From assembly GCA_037442105.1 (NCBI GenBank), contig JBBIQV010000011.1:54624-74623 (forward strand): 20,000 nucleotides of DNA. Reading direction: 5' to 3'. The DNA comes from Nitrospiraceae bacterium. GTDB taxonomy: Bacteria; Nitrospirota; Nitrospiria; Nitrospirales; Nitrospiraceae. Under the pieces are notes generated by a model. It was not told where the DNA came from. It saw only the letters and a program-made list of their open reading frames with translations, and did not search any database. The translations under genes were made by a program, and so were the position numbers. Position 1 is the stretch's first letter. The number at the start of each line of letters is the position of its first letter. Below are positions 1-8,019 of this stretch, in pieces.

Positions 1-59
1 ATATCCTGGGTCAGTTGGGCATCGACGGGGTTGTCTTCGACGAGGAGAACCTTGATCAT
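1..59 (-). CDS. N-terminus of a response-regulator receiver-domain protein (partial, runs off the window edge)
   Basis: Not in the ORF track. Manual minus-strand translation from ATG at 59 gives MIKVLLVEDNPVDAQLTQD, the classic receiver beta1 plus acidic pocket (VLLVEDN). Confidence 0.8.
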   Translation of the reverse strand, partial: MIKVLLVEDNPVDAQLTQD

Positions 60-152
60 GTGCACCCACGCTGGAAGGCGTACGGATACCTTCCCACGTC
101 ATACCTATGCCACCAGAGGCTTAGTGGTGAGTCTCCCCCCTTTGAATACACA

Positions 153-180
153 ATTATAGCGGAAGCCCGCTCGCCAACAA
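153..180 (-). promoter_or_regulatory. Putative sigma70 promoter for the edge receiver gene
   Basis: Minus strand TTGTTG-N16-TATAAT, with a perfect -10 at 153-158. Confidence 0.5.
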
Positions 181-284
181 GGGAATTAGCGATTCTCAGG
201 CGTCAGAATTCTCCCGCCCCTGAGAAGATCACCGACCATCCAGGTGGGGAACGACTCCGTCGAGAGCCCAGATTCGTGCACGAG

Positions 285-662
285 CTAGCCGCAATGAAGT
301 GCCTCGGCCCGCCGGCGGACTTCCTGGGCTTTTTTCGACTGCCCGAGATTCTCATACAGCGAGGCGATGTTGGCATGCAAATGCGTGAGGAGTTGCCCCA
401 ACTGCGCTTCTTGGGCGATGACGTTGGCCTCCAGCGCCACCTTCTTCTCTTCGCTGCGACGGAAGCGTTCTTCGAGTCGCTGTACGAGCTGGATCCACCC
501 GCGAATCTTTCCTGAATCGAGCTCGGGCATCGCCGGCAAGGACTCGCCGCAATCCAGCGCCTTCTCCGTTTGGTTCATCCAATTTATGAAGACGAGAAAA
601 TCGCCGAGCGTAATTTTGAGAGCGGATGAGGCCCCTTCTTCTTCAATAACCAAATCTTCCAT
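285..662 (-). CDS. Hypothetical helical protein (about 125 aa; coiled-coil plus TPR-like C-terminal helix pair)
   Basis: ORF 285..668 with AAGGAG 5 nt before ATG at 662. The C-terminus LHANIASLYENLGQSKKAQEVRRRA resembles a TPR helix. Confidence 0.65.
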   Translation of the reverse strand: MEDLVIEEEGASSALKITLGDFLVFINWMNQTEKALDCGESLPAMPELDSGKIRGWIQLVQRLEERFRRSEEKKVALEANVIAQEAQLGQLLTHLHANIASLYENLGQSKKAQEVRRRAEALHCG

Positions 663-994
663 CGTCACTCCTTCGAGACGTTGATGATTATTCCACGATC
701 AGACCTGATCCCTTCCACCTTCACCCAACCCAGTAAACCCACCGTTCTGCCGGAATCCCCGTCGCCGCGCTCGAACCCATGGGGCATACCTTGACACTGC
801 GGCGTGACGGCAGCGCAGGGTAAAGAGATCACCTCCTTCTGAGAGAACTTGTTCCGTTGAGAATGAGAGGCACGACGGAAGAGGGTGTTTCATCCGGCAG
901 GCAGGTAAGTGATGTTGTGTAACTACATACTGCGGGAAGGTAGTCCAAGTCAACGGGAGTCCATCCCGCACCTCGACGAGTTGAGGCCACCTCG

Positions 995-1022
995 TAGACA
1001 AAGGCTAAGAGCATGTTATCAT
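995..1022 (+). promoter_or_regulatory. Putative sigma70 promoter (extended -10) for suhB
   Basis: TAGACA-N16-TATCAT with TG at 1014-1015. An in-frame GTG lies 6 nt downstream. Confidence 0.45.
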
Positions 1023-1028
1023 GCCGGC

Positions 1029-1844
1029 GTGGTACGCCTCTCTCTTCCACCGCAGTCGGTTCGAAGCCGAGTGCTGCGCACAGCCATTGACGCCGCGACG
1101 AAAGCCGGAGCTGTGTTGCAAGAACATGCCCGCAAAGGATTCCGTATCGCGCACAAGAACATCGTAAACCTCGTCACTGATGCGGACCACGCAGCGGAAC
1201 AATGTATCGTGGACCTGATCAGGACATCGTTTCCAGACCATCGTATCCTAGCCGAGGAACGAGGGGCCAACGAGCCCACGACCTCGCCCTATCACTGGGT
1301 GATCGATCCGCTCGACGGCACCACCAATTTCGCGCACGGCTTTCCGGCTTACTGCGTCTCGATCGGGGTGGAATACGAAGGACACGGCATGCTCGGTGTG
1401 GTGTTCGACCCGACCAGGCAGGAACTTTTCACGGCAGAGGTGGGCGGTGGCGCCTTCCTCAATGACGCAAAAATTCAGGTGTCGAAAACGCCGGCGCTCG
1501 ATCAGGCGCTTCTCGTAACGGGCTTCGCATACGACATTCGGGAGACGTCCAACAACAACCTCGATCACTTCGCGCGATTTGCGCTGCGAGTGCAAGGCTT
1601 GCGTCGAACCGGCACTGCGGCACTGGACCTCTGCTACGTCGCTGCAGGACGCTTCGACGGATTTTGGGAGCTGAAGCTGAATCCCTGGGACATGGCTGCC
1701 GGTGTGGTCATCCTCCGTGAGGCCGGAGGCACCGTGACCGATTTCTCAGGAGCAGCGTTTTCAATCTTCGGACAGCAGCTTGTCGCCAGCAATGGTTTGA
1801 TCCACCAGGCCATGATCTCCATGTTGAACCAAAACCCCGCCTGA
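1029..1844 (+). CDS. suhB: Inositol monophosphatase family protein
   Basis: Motifs NLVTDAD, ILAEE, WVIDPLDGTTNFAHG, RRTGTAALDLCYVAAGRFDG and PWDMAAG. Start placed at GTG 1029; the extension to 909 is not IMPase-like. Confidence 0.93.
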   Translation: MVRLSLPPQSVRSRVLRTAIDAATKAGAVLQEHARKGFRIAHKNIVNLVTDADHAAEQCIVDLIRTSFPDHRILAEERGANEPTTSPYHWVIDPLDGTTNFAHGFPAYCVSIGVEYEGHGMLGVVFDPTRQELFTAEVGGGAFLNDAKIQVSKTPALDQALLVTGFAYDIRETSNNNLDHFARFALRVQGLRRTGTAALDLCYVAAGRFDGFWELKLNPWDMAAGVVILREAGGTVTDFSGAAFSIFGQQLVASNGLIHQAMISMLNQNPA

Positions 1845-2008
1845 TTTTTCTCTCATCTGTTCGAACTCGCTTGAGTTTTCCTTGCGGTTCACAGGTCCCG
1901 CGTGAAGCCTGGCTGCGACGGACGCTTTTCTCTCCCCTGACATCGGTATACAGGACACTTGCCGGTGCGCTATGATCGGCATGGAACAAGCAAGGAGGCG
2001 CCACACAC

Positions 2009-2278
2009 ATGGCTAGTCAGACACCGCCGTCAAAACCAGGACTTGGAGCACCACCGCAGCCGGAAGTCTGGGATGTCGAACTCCTCCGCGTCCTCGTGAG
2101 CCGCAAAGGCAAACAAGTGAATGCGGAGTGGGCTATCCACCCTCAGATCAAGCATGATCTCCTGCCCGCCGAGTGGAAAGAGCTTACCGACCTCATGGCA
2201 AAAGTCACCAACATCGTCGGCAACCGTTTCTCGCAGATCCTTGTGGAAGCGGAGCCGGATCCGCCGGGCCACGCCTGA
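2009..2278 (+). CDS. Small hypothetical protein (89 aa)
   Basis: Strong SD AAGGAGG upstream of the ATG, a TATGAT -10-like box at 1971-1976, and a globular-looking sequence. Confidence 0.75.
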   Translation: MASQTPPSKPGLGAPPQPEVWDVELLRVLVSRKGKQVNAEWAIHPQIKHDLLPAEWKELTDLMAKVTNIVGNRFSQILVEAEPDPPGHA

Positions 2279-2281
2279 AAA

Positions 2282-2356
2282 CCAGTGATGAGCGACGAGT
2301 GACGAGTGACAGAGTTGTCCGCCACCCCATGCTCGTCGTCCATCACCCATCACCGG
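2282..2356. repeat. Heptamer-tandem inverted repeat element (GAYGRGY type)
   Basis: Left arm ccagt-gatgagc-gacgagt-gacgagt. Right arm gctcgtc-gtccatc-acccatc-accgg is its imperfect reverse complement. Confidence 0.8.
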
Positions 2357-2366
2357 GAGTTGATGC

Positions 2367-2699
2367 ATGGAGACCTATTACCATCCCAAAGATTTGGACA
2401 AGTTCGGCGACATGGGCAAGGGCAACAAGGAGTTGTGGGAGAAGTTTATGAGCTATTACAGCGCCGTCTTTGCGGAAGGGACGCTGAGCGAACGTGAGAA
2501 AGCTCTCATCGCGCTCGGCGTGGCTCACGCAGTTCAGTGTCCCTACTGCATCGATGCCTACACGCAGGCCTGCTTAGAGAAAGGCTCGAACGTGGAAGAG
2601 ATGACCGAGGCTATCCACGTGGCCTGCGCAATCCGCGGAGGCGCCTCACTGGTCCACGGTGTACAGATGCGGAACATTGTGGAGAAACTTTCCATGTAG
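2367..2699 (+). CDS. AhpD/carboxymuconolactone decarboxylase family protein with CxxC (arsenosugar-associated peroxidase-like subfamily, TIGR04169-like)
   Basis: LSEREKALIALGVAHAVQCPYCIDAY CMD/AhpD motif. The N-terminal YYxPxDLxKFG and C-terminal AIRGGASLVHGVQM are typical of this subfamily. GGGAG SD. Confidence 0.85.
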   Translation: METYYHPKDLDKFGDMGKGNKELWEKFMSYYSAVFAEGTLSEREKALIALGVAHAVQCPYCIDAYTQACLEKGSNVEEMTEAIHVACAIRGGASLVHGVQMRNIVEKLSM

Positions 2700-2707
2700 C
2701 TTCTCCA

Positions 2708-2790
2708 CAGGCTATAGGTCCGAAGATCTCTCTTGCCTCTTTCCAGACAAGCTTCCAGTCTATCGTCCATAGCCTATTGCCGATTGCCTG
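2708..2790. repeat. Heptamer-tandem inverted repeat element (GCCYMTY type) between convergent genes
   Basis: Short left arm caggctatagg. Right arm gtctatc-gtccata-gcctatt-gccgatt-gcctg. Confidence 0.7.
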
Positions 2791-2794
2791 CGCG

Positions 2795-3805
2795 CTACGC
2801 GCGCAAGTACCCATTCTCGCGAAACCACGCCAGTGCGTCCGAGAGCGCGGTTTCCACCGGACGACGCGGATAGTCCAGCTCCCGTATCCCTTTGGAGCAA
2901 TCGTAGTGCTGCATGTGCCGGAGCACCTCCATGAAAAAGCCGGGGATGGGAGCGGGCTTGCGTAATACGGTTCGGAACACCCAGTCGCCGAATTTCGATC
3001 CGAGTCGAGCTACTTCGAAGGGCGCGGGGAAAAGCGGTGGCCGGACGCCGGCCACGCTGGCGATGAGTTGGTTCAGGGCTTTCTGTGTCGTGTTCCAATT
3101 GCCCAAAATGTAGCGCTCGCCCACGCGTCCTCGTTCCGCCGCGCGAATCATGCCCTCCGCCACATCCCGCACGTCGATCACGTTCACCGGCCCATCGACA
3201 TAGGCCGGCATCTGCCGCTTGGCGATCATCAGGATCTGCGTCCCGCTGGTCGGCCGACTATCGTAAGGGCCGTAGAATGCCGTGGGATTGACCACGATGG
3301 CCGGCACACCCCGGCGCGCCGCGTCCAGCACCTCGCGCTCCATCGCGATCTTCGACATGAGGTACGGATTCTCCGTATAGGTCGTAGTGAATGGGCAGTT
3401 TTCGTCGGCGAGTCGGCCCCTCCGAGGAGGAAACCCGATCGTCGTGAGCGTGCTGGTGAAGACCATTCGCTCGACCGAGGCACGAGCGACGGCCTGCAGC
3501 AAGTTGTCTGTTTCGGCCAGCGCCTGCTTGGTAGCGACCTCAACGGGAATCGTATAGGGCGGGTAGTAGCTCGCACACTGGTACACAGCGCGGACTCCCT
3601 CGCATGCACGGATGAGGGAGTCGGCATCGTTCAAGTCACCGTCGACGCGCTCAATGTCCAACCCTTTCAGAGAGAGATGGCGACGGGCCTGCGCGCTGGA
3701 CTGAACCGTGTGAAACAACACGCGCACGTGCTCCCCTCTGTCCAGCAGCGCGCGGACGAGGTTCGCGCCGAGGTGTCCGGTCCCGCCGAGTACCAGAACT
3801 TTCAT
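2795..3805 (-). CDS. NAD-dependent epimerase/dehydratase (extended SDR; HpnA/dihydroflavonol reductase-like)
   Basis: Rossmann motif VLGGTGHLG, catalytic YLMSK (YxxxK), and motifs VNPTAFYGPYD, VDVRDVA-like IDVRDVA and GERYILG. Confidence 0.9.
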   Translation of the reverse strand: MKVLVLGGTGHLGANLVRALLDRGEHVRVLFHTVQSSAQARRHLSLKGLDIERVDGDLNDADSLIRACEGVRAVYQCASYYPPYTIPVEVATKQALAETDNLLQAVARASVERMVFTSTLTTIGFPPRRGRLADENCPFTTTYTENPYLMSKIAMEREVLDAARRGVPAIVVNPTAFYGPYDSRPTSGTQILMIAKRQMPAYVDGPVNVIDVRDVAEGMIRAAERGRVGERYILGNWNTTQKALNQLIASVAGVRPPLFPAPFEVARLGSKFGDWVFRTVLRKPAPIPGFFMEVLRHMQHYDCSKGIRELDYPRRPVETALSDALAWFRENGYLRA

Positions 3806-3869
3806 GTTGGTCTCTCCCGAGCGAGGAGCAGAGGGAACCGAAAATGCGCGGTTCAGCAGATACGTCGGA

Positions 3870-5732
3870 CTACAGGTACGGATACTCAGGAATCGCCAGA
3901 GTGAAGTACTTCCCTCGCTCTTCGTATAATATGCGCTTTGTGGTCAACTCGGCCAGCGTCGTAGCAAGCCTGTCGTGGGAGAGCATTCCTTGCGCCGGCT
4001 GCGCCATCGCCGCGCTGCGGATCTGCTCAGCCGATTTCGGCGCCTCGTTGCAACACTCAATGACGAAGGATGCCGGCCAGTCGAATCGTTCCCGCGTCGG
4101 GGCGCCGGGGTTCCGCCCATCGTACACCGTGACATAGGTCATCGCTTTCGAGTAATAGAGGAAGGGTTTGTCGGCCGAAGCATGCCGGCGCCGCCATTCG
4201 CATACCAGATCGACCAACTCCTGATAGACGCGGGGATCGACTTTCCAGTCGTCCATCTCGTACTCGAAATCGTAGGCGATCTTCATCAAATCCACCTGCC
4301 TCGCATCATACACATATTCGTACGCCGCCCCCGGTCCCGTAATTCTGATTCCATACTCCTGCGGCCGTCTGAAGTAAGGACTGAATCGCTCCAGCCAGAA
4401 CTTGCCGGCCCCTTCCGGCGGCTGGAGATGGAACAACGAGGGTAGGAGCGCGAGCTGCCGGCGATAGTCCTCATTGGTCTCGCCTGGGAACCCGAGCAGG
4501 ATGTTCCATGAAACGCCGATGCGATAGTAGTAACTCCACTTCAAACATTGGATGTTCTGCAACGGGCTGACTCCCTTGTCCATCGCATGGAGCTGCGCGT
4601 GACTCAGGCTTTCCAGTCCCGGCTGCATGCACTTCACACCACCGGCCGCCAGCGTGCGAATCTGCTCCTTGTGCAGGTTGCTCTTGGTCTCGATGAAGAC
4701 GTCGAGATCGCAGTGGTCGGCGGCGAACTTACCGAAGAGGTGCTCGATGTACTTCATGTCGATAATGTTATCCACCAGCCGGAAGCGCGCCGTGTCGTAC
4801 CGGCTCGACAGATAGGCCATCTCCCGCGCCACCTGCTCGGAGGACTTCGCACGAAATTTCATGCTCTGCGCATTCAAGCCGCAAAACGTGCAATGGTGCT
4901 TCTCACCCCACCAACAACCGCGCGAGCCTTCGTAGAGCAGGATGCGGTTTAATCCATGAGCCGCATCTGTGCCCAGTTCGGCGAGCAGATGATAGTAGTC
5001 ATCATAGTCCGGCGGACCGGTCCGGGCAAAATCGGAAAACAACGCCGTATTGGGTTCATAGCCGATGCGGCCGCCTTTTCGAAAGATCACCCCCTTGGGA
5101 TAGCCGTCTTGCTTGCCTGCGAGCACGTGCTCGACCAGAGCGGGGAAGACCTCCTCGCCCTCACCGACTACCACATAGTCGATCCAGGGAAACGCCCGGA
5201 AGTACTCCCATCCCATCTCGCCGTCGTAGTTCGCGCCGCCGAAGACGACCTTCACGTCCGGATAAAGATCCTTGATCAATTTGGCCATCGTGAGACTGGC
5301 CACATTCTGATCGAACGTCGAGGTGAACCCGACGATCTTGTACCGCTCCCAATCCATTGCTGTCAGCGCCCAGGTGAGGAATTGCGGGGCAAGGCGACCG
5401 GCCAGGTCTTCAAAATGCGACACGGGGCGCCCGCTCTCCTCAGCCAGTTGCTCGAACACCGGCTTGAAGACGCGCGGATATTCGCCCCGCTTCGGGTTGT
5501 CGCGAAACAGCAGATACGAAAAGAGCCATTCGCCGAACAGCGCCCGCTTCTCGCAAATCAGCTCATACAGCGGCACGCCGATCTTGTAGGCGAACCGCAC
5601 GTTGAGGTGGTGGCAATCGACCGCTATGCCTCGAGACTTCAGGAGGGCGGAAAGCGTCCCCAATTGAATGGACGGGTACTTCGAAAAGCTGAACGGCATA
5701 TTGACGAGCGCCACCTGGGCCTTCTCGCTCAT
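3870..5732 (-). CDS. B12-binding radical SAM C-methyltransferase, 'RiPP maturation radical SAM protein 1' (TIGR03975-like)
   Basis: N-terminal LVNMPF..PSIQLGTL, cobalamin-domain VGFTSTFDQ and FGGAN..GEGE, Cx7Cx2C cluster motif SRGCWWGEKHHCTFCGLN, QPGLESLS, and WNILLGFPGE. Confidence 0.88.
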   Translation of the reverse strand: MSEKAQVALVNMPFSFSKYPSIQLGTLSALLKSRGIAVDCHHLNVRFAYKIGVPLYELICEKRALFGEWLFSYLLFRDNPKRGEYPRVFKPVFEQLAEESGRPVSHFEDLAGRLAPQFLTWALTAMDWERYKIVGFTSTFDQNVASLTMAKLIKDLYPDVKVVFGGANYDGEMGWEYFRAFPWIDYVVVGEGEEVFPALVEHVLAGKQDGYPKGVIFRKGGRIGYEPNTALFSDFARTGPPDYDDYYHLLAELGTDAAHGLNRILLYEGSRGCWWGEKHHCTFCGLNAQSMKFRAKSSEQVAREMAYLSSRYDTARFRLVDNIIDMKYIEHLFGKFAADHCDLDVFIETKSNLHKEQIRTLAAGGVKCMQPGLESLSHAQLHAMDKGVSPLQNIQCLKWSYYYRIGVSWNILLGFPGETNEDYRRQLALLPSLFHLQPPEGAGKFWLERFSPYFRRPQEYGIRITGPGAAYEYVYDARQVDLMKIAYDFEYEMDDWKVDPRVYQELVDLVCEWRRRHASADKPFLYYSKAMTYVTVYDGRNPGAPTRERFDWPASFVIECCNEAPKSAEQIRSAAMAQPAQGMLSHDRLATTLAELTTKRILYEERGKYFTLAIPEYPYL

Positions 5733-5774
5733 CTGCTGCCTCGTGGGTTCATAGAAAAGCGTTCTGACCGACGG

Positions 5775-6125
5775 CTAGCCGGCGGCGGCCCTGAACGGTT
5801 CGAATTCCCGATCGGCCTTGGCGGCCAGATAGAAGTCGCTTTCTGTCAGACCGTTGATCTTATGGGTCCAGATTTCGACCTTGCATTTGCCCCAGGCCAG
5901 ATAGAGGTCCGGATGGTGGCCTTCGGCCTCAGCAATCGCGCCGACCTTGTTCACATACGCGAGAGCCTGGGCAAAGTTTTTAAACGTATAGAGTCGCTCC
6001 AGATGCCCGGCTCCATTCAAGAACCAACCGTGACCAAGTTCTTGCAATAAGCCCTGCGCCCGTTCTGCAGGAAGAGGTGGGACTCCTCCGCGACAGGGAA
6101 TACATTTGTTATCGGCGAGACTCAT
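5775..6125 (-). CDS. phhB: Pterin-4-alpha-carbinolamine dehydratase
   Basis: N-terminal CIPCRGG, catalytic AEAEGHHPD, and WTHKINGLTESDFYLAAK. AAGGAG SD. Confidence 0.92.
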   Translation of the reverse strand: MSLADNKCIPCRGGVPPLPAERAQGLLQELGHGWFLNGAGHLERLYTFKNFAQALAYVNKVGAIAEAEGHHPDLYLAWGKCKVEIWTHKINGLTESDFYLAAKADREFEPFRAAAG

Positions 6126-6157
6126 CGTTCTTCTCCTTCATATCATGACCGACAAAT

Positions 6158-6186
6158 ATTCTAAGGGGCGATGCGCGGAGAAACAA
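6158..6186 (-). promoter_or_regulatory. Putative sigma70 promoter for the pterin dehydratase-radical SAM-SDR operon
   Basis: Minus strand TTGTTT-N17-TAGAAT. Confidence 0.55.
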
Positions 6187-6203
6187 GGCAAGGGAGGGGG
6201 CGA

Positions 6204-7202
6204 CTATTCGGTTTCGTCCGGGGTTCCACCGGTTTTCGCCAAGTCGTCCATTTTGATCTTGTCGGGGTTGAACTTGGCCGCTGCTGCCGCCATCCGGTCG
6301 AGGGCCTCGTCGAAGGAAAGGGGCGGTGCATCTTTGGGCCGAAAGCGAATGGGATTCACGCGCGCCACGACAAAAGCCTTGAGGTACGGACTCGTCAACC
6401 CCCTGACCTTCAACGCCTCCACTTGCTTGACGATCTCGTCATCGAGCGTCAGGACGGTTCGTGCCCGCGCGTGCCGCACTTCGATCGCCGAGCGCAGCGG
6501 CTTCTTCAAAAACTCGTCCACCCGTTTTAGTACCGGATGATAGGCGCCCCCGCTGAACCGAGGGCGTTCCTCATAGCAGAGGCCGAGCGTAATGAACGCC
6601 GGTTCTTCGAACTCCAGGGCATAGGTCTCCTCGGTCACCTCATCGAGACGGGTCAGTTCTTTGTACATGCGGATGACTTCCAGCGCCTTCTCCCTGAGGT
6701 TGTGCGCTTTCTCGGTATTCAGCGCGAGAATTTGATAGGCTGCCGCCGCTTCCGGCACCACGATCGCCACGATGCTCTTGGCCCCCAGCATCCGCATCGC
6801 CGACAATCGGTGATGCCCGTTCGGCGTCCAGTACTTCGCGGCATGATCTACCTTCGGCATATGCACGGCAATGACCGGATCAAGGAAGCGGCCGATCTTC
6901 CCGATCACAGCTTCCAACTTACGGACGTGGGTCTCGGAGAGATTCCGCTGATAGGGCGTGGGCTCCACCAATTCGATCGGCAAGGCAGCCATCACCAGCC
7001 AACGTCCACCGTAGGGCTCGCGATAGACCGCAAGCACTTTGCCGCCATCCTGATCGATCGCCCGATGCAGTTCGGCGACGTCAGCCGGGGGCGCGGCAGC
7101 TTGCAACTCCGTCGCGGCGAGGCCGACCGCGGCGCCGGCCGGTTTCCGCCGACGCCGGACACTTCCGGACGCTCTCGGCTCTTTGAGTTTCTTCCCGGCC
7201 AT
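6204..7202 (-). CDS. ParB/Srx N-terminal domain protein
   Basis: PTPYQR (ParB box I-like), FLDPVIAV, TPNGHHRLSAM (box II-like) and ALNTEKAHNLREKA. No adjacent parA. Confidence 0.8.
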   Translation of the reverse strand: MAGKKLKEPRASGSVRRRRKPAGAAVGLAATELQAAAPPADVAELHRAIDQDGGKVLAVYREPYGGRWLVMAALPIELVEPTPYQRNLSETHVRKLEAVIGKIGRFLDPVIAVHMPKVDHAAKYWTPNGHHRLSAMRMLGAKSIVAIVVPEAAAAYQILALNTEKAHNLREKALEVIRMYKELTRLDEVTEETYALEFEEPAFITLGLCYEERPRFSGGAYHPVLKRVDEFLKKPLRSAIEVRHARARTVLTLDDEIVKQVEALKVRGLTSPYLKAFVVARVNPIRFRPKDAPPLSFDEALDRMAAAAAKFNPDKIKMDDLAKTGGTPDETE

Positions 7203-7276
7203 CGTTCAATATGGTAGGGAAGTGGAGGGATAAAAGAAAGCCCCTGATCCAGCATGCGCACAAGGAGGATTCCGCG

Positions 7277-7939
7277 ATGCTTCGCATCGGTCACCGTGGC
7301 GCCGCCGGTCATGCGCCGGAGAATACACTGGCCTCCGTCGAGCAGGCAATTTCCCTCGGAGTGGACCTCGTCGAAGTAGACCTTCGGAGCACTCGTGACG
7401 GGCACCTGGTCATCATCCACGATGAGCGCGTCGACCGGACCACCAATGGCAGGGGAGTTGTCGCCGAGATGGCATTGGCCAAACTCCAGCAACTCGACGC
7501 AGGCAATGGCCAACACATTCCCACGCTCGTGGAATTACTTGACGCCACCCGCGGCCGCGTCGGCCTGCTGCTGGAGATCAAGGCGGCCGGCGTCGCCGAG
7601 AACGTGCAAGCCATGCTCCACAGCGCGGAATTTCCCGGCCCGGTCATCATCGCTTCATTCCTCGCCGAGGAGCTGCTCTCGATCCGGAACTCGGACCCTT
7701 CGGTCTCTACACTGGTTCTGTTCGATAAGTACGCGAGGGATCCGCTCTCCCAAGCAGTCATGGCCAAGGCTTCGCACATAGGAGTTCCTTTCACGAGGGT
7801 GACGCAAGCACTGGTCCAAGCTTCCCGCCGGGCCGGACTGCGCGTGTTCGTCTACACCGTCAATGATCCTCGCGATATTCAGAAGATGCGCGCGCTCGAT
7901 GTCGACGGCATCATCTCCGACTTTCCTGACCGCTTGTAA
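7277..7939 (+). CDS. Glycerophosphodiester phosphodiesterase (cytoplasmic UgpQ/GlpQ-like)
   Basis: IGHRGAAGHAPENT, EVDLRSTRDGHLVIIHD, LEIK, YTVND and DGIISDFPD. AAGGAGG SD before ATG 7277. Confidence 0.93.
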   Translation: MLRIGHRGAAGHAPENTLASVEQAISLGVDLVEVDLRSTRDGHLVIIHDERVDRTTNGRGVVAEMALAKLQQLDAGNGQHIPTLVELLDATRGRVGLLLEIKAAGVAENVQAMLHSAEFPGPVIIASFLAEELLSIRNSDPSVSTLVLFDKYARDPLSQAVMAKASHIGVPFTRVTQALVQASRRAGLRVFVYTVNDPRDIQKMRALDVDGIISDFPDRL

Positions 7940-8019
7940 TTTGAACCCGGATTATTTATGACGGCTCGTCGTTCCCCTTTGCTTCAGCCACACTTCCTGG
8001 TGCTTAACCGGGAGGCCTC

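Noticed and set aside
15..515. 166-aa plus-strand ORF
   Set aside because: It overlaps two better-supported minus-strand genes and their promoter, has a TTG start, and shows no motifs.
827..840. 16S rRNA gene fragment
   Set aside because: Only the 12-nt tail matches. The upstream sequence lacks the conserved terminal helix (GTAACAAGGTAGCCGTA).
699..1001. 100-aa minus-strand ORF in the intergenic region
   Set aside because: It has no SD at the start, atypical composition, and overlaps putative promoters.
2009..2278. 89-aa ORF as the RiPP precursor for the radical SAM
   Set aside because: It is on the opposite strand, separated by two genes, and has no recognisable leader (Nif11/NHLP/double-Gly) or low-complexity core.
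4956..6050. Long antisense ORFs (e.g. 4956..6050, 3068..3904, 8482..9537, 15724..16521, 6537..7217)
   Set aside because: They are shadows of well-supported genes on the opposite strand in GC-rich DNA and show no motifs.
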